NCBI GenBank assembly: GCA_934140005.1
Contig: CAKPBB010000005.1
Coordinates: forward strand, 3,011-67,010
Source: an uncultured Clostridia bacterium
GTDB lineage: Bacteria > Bacillota > Clostridia > TANB77 > CAG-508
DNA length: 64,000 nucleotides
Direction: 5' to 3'
Under the pieces are notes generated by a model. It worked only from the letters and a program-made list of their open reading frames with translations, did not search any database and was not told the origin of the DNA. Made by a program: the position numbers and the translations under genes. Of the stretch, positions 58,762 to 64,000 are shown piece after piece. Numbering within the stretch: the stretch's first letter is position 1; each line of letters begins with the position of its first letter.

Positions 58762-58775
58762 CGAACTTTTATTCG
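58762..58775. promoter_or_regulatory. candidate SOS (LexA) box upstream of lexA
   Basis: CGAACTTTTATTCG compared with the Firmicute consensus CGAAC-N4-GTTCG has one mismatch. A weaker AAAC-GAAA-GTTT lies at 58817..58828. Confidence 0.5.
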
Positions 58776-58836
58776 TTTTTACTAAAAATATATTATCATA
58801 AATCATTTGTTTTGTCAAACGAAAGTTTTGTTTATT

Positions 58837-60144
<1,308 letters not shown>

Positions 60145-60192
60145 TCATATCTCCTTTCTAATTCTTAAATCTCATATTTTATAATCATATAT

Positions 60193-61206
60193 TTAATCTT
60201 CAAAATAATTTAGCATCATAGCCTTCTTTATTTTCTTCATGGTCTCTTTAGCTGTTTTTCTTGCTTTTTCTGTTCCTTCTTTTAATATAGCATCAACCTC
60301 TTCTGGATGTGCTTCATAATATGCTCTTTTTTCTCTAACAGGTCTTAACGTATCAGAAATATTTTTTGCAAGTTCTTTTTTACAAGCTACACAGCCCCTT
60401 TTTCCCTGCCTACATTCTTCACAAATTTTTGCACATTCTTCTTTATCTGTAAATAAATTATGATAATATGCAACCATACATACATCTGGATTTCCTAAAT
60501 CATCTTTTTTTATTCTATTAGGATCAGTCACAGCACTCATAACCTTTTTAGAAATTTCTTCTTCGCTATCAGATAAATATATAGCATTTCCTAAAGATTT
60601 ACCCATTTTTTCATTTCCATCTAAGCCTTTAATTCTTTTACTACTAGATAAAACTGCTTGTGGTTCTATTAAAACATCTCCATAAACACTATTAAATTTT
60701 CTAACAATTTCTCTACATTGCTCTATTAAAGGTAATTGGTCTTCTCCTACTGGAACTAAAGCTCCTTCAAAGGCTGTAATATCAGCTGCTTGGCTAACTG
60801 GATATCCCAAAAATCCATAAGTTACACTTTCTCCAAATAATTCTCTCTTTTGTTCAATTTCGGTCTTTACTGTTGGATTTCTTTGCAATCTAGCTATTGT
60901 TACAAAATTTGAATAAAAAGCAGTAAGTTCTGCTGTTTCTGGTACCATTGATTGAATATATATTGTTGTTTTTTTAGGATCAATTCCTACTGATAAATAA
61001 TCCATTGCTACTTCTCTTACATTTTTTCTAACTTTTTCCGGATTATTAAAATTATCTGTTAAAGCTTGAACATCTGCAATCAATATATATGGTTCATAAT
61101 TTTCATTTTCTTGTAATTCCAATCTCTTTTTTAAAGAACCAAAATAATGTCCTATATGTAATTTTCCTGTTGGTCTATCACCTGTTAAAATTCTTTTCTT
61201 TTCCAT
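60193..61206 (-). CDS. trpS: tryptophan--tRNA ligase
   Basis: ORF trimmed to MEKKRILTGDRPTGKLHIGHY, with AAGGGTGA 4 nt upstream. KMGKS (KMSKS-type) motif. Confidence 0.9.
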   Translation of the reverse strand: MEKKRILTGDRPTGKLHIGHYFGSLKKRLELQENENYEPYILIADVQALTDNFNNPEKVRKNVREVAMDYLSVGIDPKKTTIYIQSMVPETAELTAFYSNFVTIARLQRNPTVKTEIEQKRELFGESVTYGFLGYPVSQAADITAFEGALVPVGEDQLPLIEQCREIVRKFNSVYGDVLIEPQAVLSSSKRIKGLDGNEKMGKSLGNAIYLSDSEEEISKKVMSAVTDPNRIKKDDLGNPDVCMVAYYHNLFTDKEECAKICEECRQGKRGCVACKKELAKNISDTLRPVREKRAYYEAHPEEVDAILKEGTEKARKTAKETMKKIKKAMMLNYFED

Positions 61207-61252
61207 ATTATCACCCTTATTCTTATAATACTTCCATTTTAATACTTTTCTA

Positions 61253-61280
61253 TTATACTTTATTTTATGTAAAATTGCAA
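61253..61280 (-). promoter_or_regulatory. trpS promoter
   Basis: Minus strand: TTGCAA, 17-nt spacer, TATAAT. Confidence 0.6.
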
Positions 61281-61294
61281 TAAATTTAGAACAT

Positions 61295-61341
61295 AAAAAA
61301 ACAAACATACAAATTTATTCTTCATAAAAATGTATGTTTGC
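61295..61341 (-). terminator. intrinsic terminator after the P-type ATPase gene
   Basis: Stem CAAACATACA / TGTATGTTTG (61302..61340) followed on the minus strand by TTTTTTT. Confidence 0.7.
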
Positions 61342-61352
61342 ATCTTATATAA

Positions 61353-63434
61353 TTATTTTAAAATTCTAATTGTATTAAATATTGTAATCAAAGTTACACC
61401 AACATCTGCAAATACTGCACTAGCCATTCCTAGTATTCCAACAGAGCTCAATACTAAAACTAATATTTTAACAAATATTGCAAAAATTAAATTTTGTTTT
61501 ATAATTTTACAAGTCTTATTTGCAATCTCTATTGATTGAACTATTTTTTCAATATTATCTGTCATAATTACTATATCTGATGCTTCAATTGCTGAGCTTG
61601 AACCAACTCCACCCATTGAAAATCCTACATCTGCTAAAGCTAAAACTGGTGAATCATTGATTCCATCTCCAACAAATGCAACCTTAGATTTTTCATCTCT
61701 TTTTTCAATAATCTTTTCCATTTCTTTATATTTATCAGTTGGTAACATTTCAGCTTTTACACTATTGATTTTTAATGATTTAGCAACCTTTCTAGCTACT
61801 TCTATACTATCACCAGTAAACATTTTTGTTTTTATTCCCATTGAATTTAATTTACTAATAGCTTCTTTTGTACCTGGTTTAATAGTATCAGCTAAAATAA
61901 TTATACCAATTACTACATTATCTACTTTTACATATATATCAGTTGTTCCTTCATTCTTACTCTTATATCCAACAAGCTCACTGTTTCCTACAAGTACTGT
62001 TTGGCCATCAATAATGTATGAAATTCCTTTACCAGCAATTTCCTTATACCCTTTTACTTTTGAAGTGTCTAATGGTTTATCAATGCTTCTTAAAACAGAT
62101 TTTGCTATTGGGTGATTTGAAAAACTCTCACCAATTCCAGCATATTTTAAAACTTCTTCATCTGAATATGTAGATAAAGTAACTATTTTTTCTACATTAA
62201 ATTCACCTTTAGTAAGTGTTCCAGTTTTATCAAAGACTACTTCTTTTAAGTCTTTTAGTGAATCTATATAGTCACTTCCCTTAATTAAAATTCCTTCTTT
62301 TGATGCTTTACCAATTCCAGAAAAATAGCTTAATGGTACTGAAATTGCTATTGCACATGGACATGAAATAACTAAGAACACTAATGCTCTATATATACTT
62401 TGAGAATATGTTGTACTACTAATCAATGGTAAAAATATTGCTACAATAATTGCAAGTACAATTACAATTGGCGTATAAATTCCAGCTGCTTTTCCAACAA
62501 AAGTTTCTGTTTTAGCTTTTTTATCTGTTGCATTTTCTACTAAATCTAAAATCTTTTGAACTGTACTATTTTGATATTCTGCTGTTACTTTGATTTCTAA
62601 TAATCCATTTTCATTAATACTTCCAGATAAAACTGTATCTTCTTTTTTTACTTTTCTTAATTTACTTTCACCAGTTAGTGATGATGTATTTAAGCTAGCT
62701 TCACCTTTAACTACAATTCCATCTACTGGTATTTTTTCACCTTGTTTAATAACAACTACATCACCAATATGCACTTCTTCTGGTTTTACAACTTTAATAT
62801 CGTCTCCAACTTTTAAATTTGCATATTCTGGTTTTATATCCATTAAAGATGAAATAGACTTACGAGTTTTATTTATTGCTTTTTCTTCCAAAATCTTTCC
62901 TATTTCGTATAATACAATAACCATCAATCCTTCAAAATGCTCACCTATAAAATAAGCACCTATACAAGATAATGAAACCAAAAAATTCTCATTGATTGAA
63001 TGACTTTTTACTAAAAGTTTTGCAGCATTTTTTAAAGTTCTATATAATAAAGTAATATATCCTATTAAAACAACAATCATTGATATGATTTGCATTCCAT
63101 CTATCTTTTCTAAATACAAACCTATACCAGCAATAATTGTTCCTATTATAAGCCTAATAACTTGGAATTTTGTTTTAGATGAATTTTCATTTTTATTCTT
63201 AACATCTTTACCATCCTTTGAAAGTTCCTCAACTTCTACTTCAGGTTCTATTTCTAATACTTTCTTAATAACCTCTTCTTTTGATACTTTATCTGTTTCA
63301 TAACTTAATCTTAATGTATTAAAATTAACTACAACATTGTGTAAATCTTTATTTTCTTGTAAACCCTCTTCTATCTCTCTAGCACAATTGGCACAGTCTA
63401 AATCTTTTAAAATGAAATTATACTTCTTCAACAT
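61353..63434 (-). CDS. cadA: heavy-metal (Cd/Zn/Pb-type) translocating P1B-type ATPase
   Basis: N-terminal HMA domain with CANC, TM CPC motif, DKTGTLT and GDGINDSP. The start is taken at MLKKYNF (AAGGGG upstream), overlapping the regulator stop. An alternative ATG is at 63452. Confidence 0.9.
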   Translation of the reverse strand: MLKKYNFILKDLDCANCAREIEEGLQENKDLHNVVVNFNTLRLSYETDKVSKEEVIKKVLEIEPEVEVEELSKDGKDVKNKNENSSKTKFQVIRLIIGTIIAGIGLYLEKIDGMQIISMIVVLIGYITLLYRTLKNAAKLLVKSHSINENFLVSLSCIGAYFIGEHFEGLMVIVLYEIGKILEEKAINKTRKSISSLMDIKPEYANLKVGDDIKVVKPEEVHIGDVVVIKQGEKIPVDGIVVKGEASLNTSSLTGESKLRKVKKEDTVLSGSINENGLLEIKVTAEYQNSTVQKILDLVENATDKKAKTETFVGKAAGIYTPIVIVLAIIVAIFLPLISSTTYSQSIYRALVFLVISCPCAIAISVPLSYFSGIGKASKEGILIKGSDYIDSLKDLKEVVFDKTGTLTKGEFNVEKIVTLSTYSDEEVLKYAGIGESFSNHPIAKSVLRSIDKPLDTSKVKGYKEIAGKGISYIIDGQTVLVGNSELVGYKSKNEGTTDIYVKVDNVVIGIIILADTIKPGTKEAISKLNSMGIKTKMFTGDSIEVARKVAKSLKINSVKAEMLPTDKYKEMEKIIEKRDEKSKVAFVGDGINDSPVLALADVGFSMGGVGSSSAIEASDIVIMTDNIEKIVQSIEIANKTCKIIKQNLIFAIFVKILVLVLSSVGILGMASAVFADVGVTLITIFNTIRILK

Positions 63435-63771
63435 GCTCACGCCCCTTTTCATAAATTGCTTTTATATGTTCATCATCTAATGAATAATATACTATTTTTC
63501 CTTCTTTTCTAAATTTCACTAATTTTGTTTGTTTCAAAACTCTAAGCTGATGTGAAATTGCAGAAGGTGTAGAATTTGTTATAATGGCTATATCACCAAC
63601 ACATAGTTCCTCTTCTAGTAAAGCACTTATTATTTTCATTCTAGTAGAGTCACCAAATACTTTAAAAAGCTCTGCCATATCAAATATAACTTCATCAGAT
63701 GGTAAGTCTTTTTTTACTTTTTCGACTTTTTCAAAATCTACTATATTTTGCTCTTCAAGTTCTTCTTCCAC
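63418..63771 (-). CDS. cadC: ArsR/SmtB-family metalloregulator (CadC-like)
   Basis: 117 aa with a GTG start (AGGAGG 5 nt upstream). ELFKVFGDSTRMKIISAL..ELCVGDIA...SHQLRVLK HTH. Confidence 0.85.
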   Translation of the reverse strand: MEEELEEQNIVDFEKVEKVKKDLPSDEVIFDMAELFKVFGDSTRMKIISALLEEELCVGDIAIITNSTPSAISHQLRVLKQTKLVKFRKEGKIVYYSLDDEHIKAIYEKGREHVEEV

Positions 63772-63790
63772 TTTTTCCTCCTTGTTTATT

Positions 63791-63821
63791 TGAATATCTG
63801 TTCATATATTCATTATATTCA
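63791..63821. promoter_or_regulatory. candidate CadC operator
   Basis: TGAATAT-N8-ATATTCA inverted repeat plus a third ATATTCA copy, about 20-50 nt upstream of the regulator start. Confidence 0.4.
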
Positions 63822-63914
63822 TAAGTTTCATTATTGTCAATAAATTTTTTTGTTAAAAAAATAAAAGCATTATAAATTATATAATCTATAATACTTTCCA
63901 TTTTTTATTTTATA

Positions 63915-64000
63915 TTAGTTCTTTTTTCTTCTAATTATCCAGCCTTCTTGTGCTTTAACAGGAATTCTTAAAATAACTTTTTGTTCTGCTCTACCAGGAT
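63915..64000 (-). CDS. 3' end of an unidentified CDS running off the window
   Basis: Open frame ..PGRAEQKVILRIPVKAQEGWIIRRKKN* ending at TAA 63915-63917. Too short to assign. Confidence 0.3.
   Translation of the reverse strand, partial: PGRAEQKVILRIPVKAQEGWIIRRKKN

Noticed and set aside
61207-61352. T-box leader upstream of trpS (and similarly upstream of cysS at 7448..7529)
   Set aside because: The gaps are only about 146 and 82 nt. They are already explained by the upstream gene's terminator plus a promoter, which is too short for a T-box. No specifier/antiterminator architecture was seen.

Overview
AT-rich Firmicutes chromosome segment, probably from a Clostridia-like spore former (CotF-like, DpaA and SpoVG-like genes are present). 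No organism can be assigned without a database search. Roughly 60 protein genes and 4 tRNAs are supported, and most lie on the minus strand in conserved housekeeping operons. These are ftsH; cysS-femAB-alr; PBP1A; dprA; uppP-folD; rimP-nusA-ylxR-ylxQ-infB-rbfA-nrnA; tsaB-rimI; ylxM-ffh-rpsP-khpA-rimM-trmD-rplS; tsaE; folC; mutS2; lexA; obg; trpS; and cadC-cadA. No rRNA, CRISPR array, transposase, integrase or phage structural gene was seen. The most unusual content is an accessory block at about 44.4-54.9 kb, between folC and a tRNA-Gly/Tyr/Met cluster. It holds a compact operon with a MoaA-like radical SAM, a RimL-type GNAT, an RlmN/Cfr-like radical SAM that lacks one catalytic Cys, and an unknown 208-aa protein. 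It also holds a broken LysR gene, a second GNAT, a serine hydrolase, an autoinhibited Fic protein with a motif array over its promoter, two G+C-richer orphan genes with their own promoter and terminators, and a NUDIX/membrane coiled-coil/methyltransferase operon. Other candidates are (1) an overlapping operon of a Wzy_C (O-antigen-ligase-like) protein, a membrane protein with 12 in-frame 15-bp repeats (ATSCD/ATSSD) and TraX, which may be a surface-protein modification cassette; (2) a two-domain SpoVG protein; and (3) a 677-aa coiled-coil protein with ADP-ribosyltransferase-like motifs. Three genes (alr-like, traX, lysR) each carry an apparent single-nucleotide insertion that splits the reading frame; this is either real decay or assembly indel error. 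All family calls come from reading motifs by eye. No searches were run.
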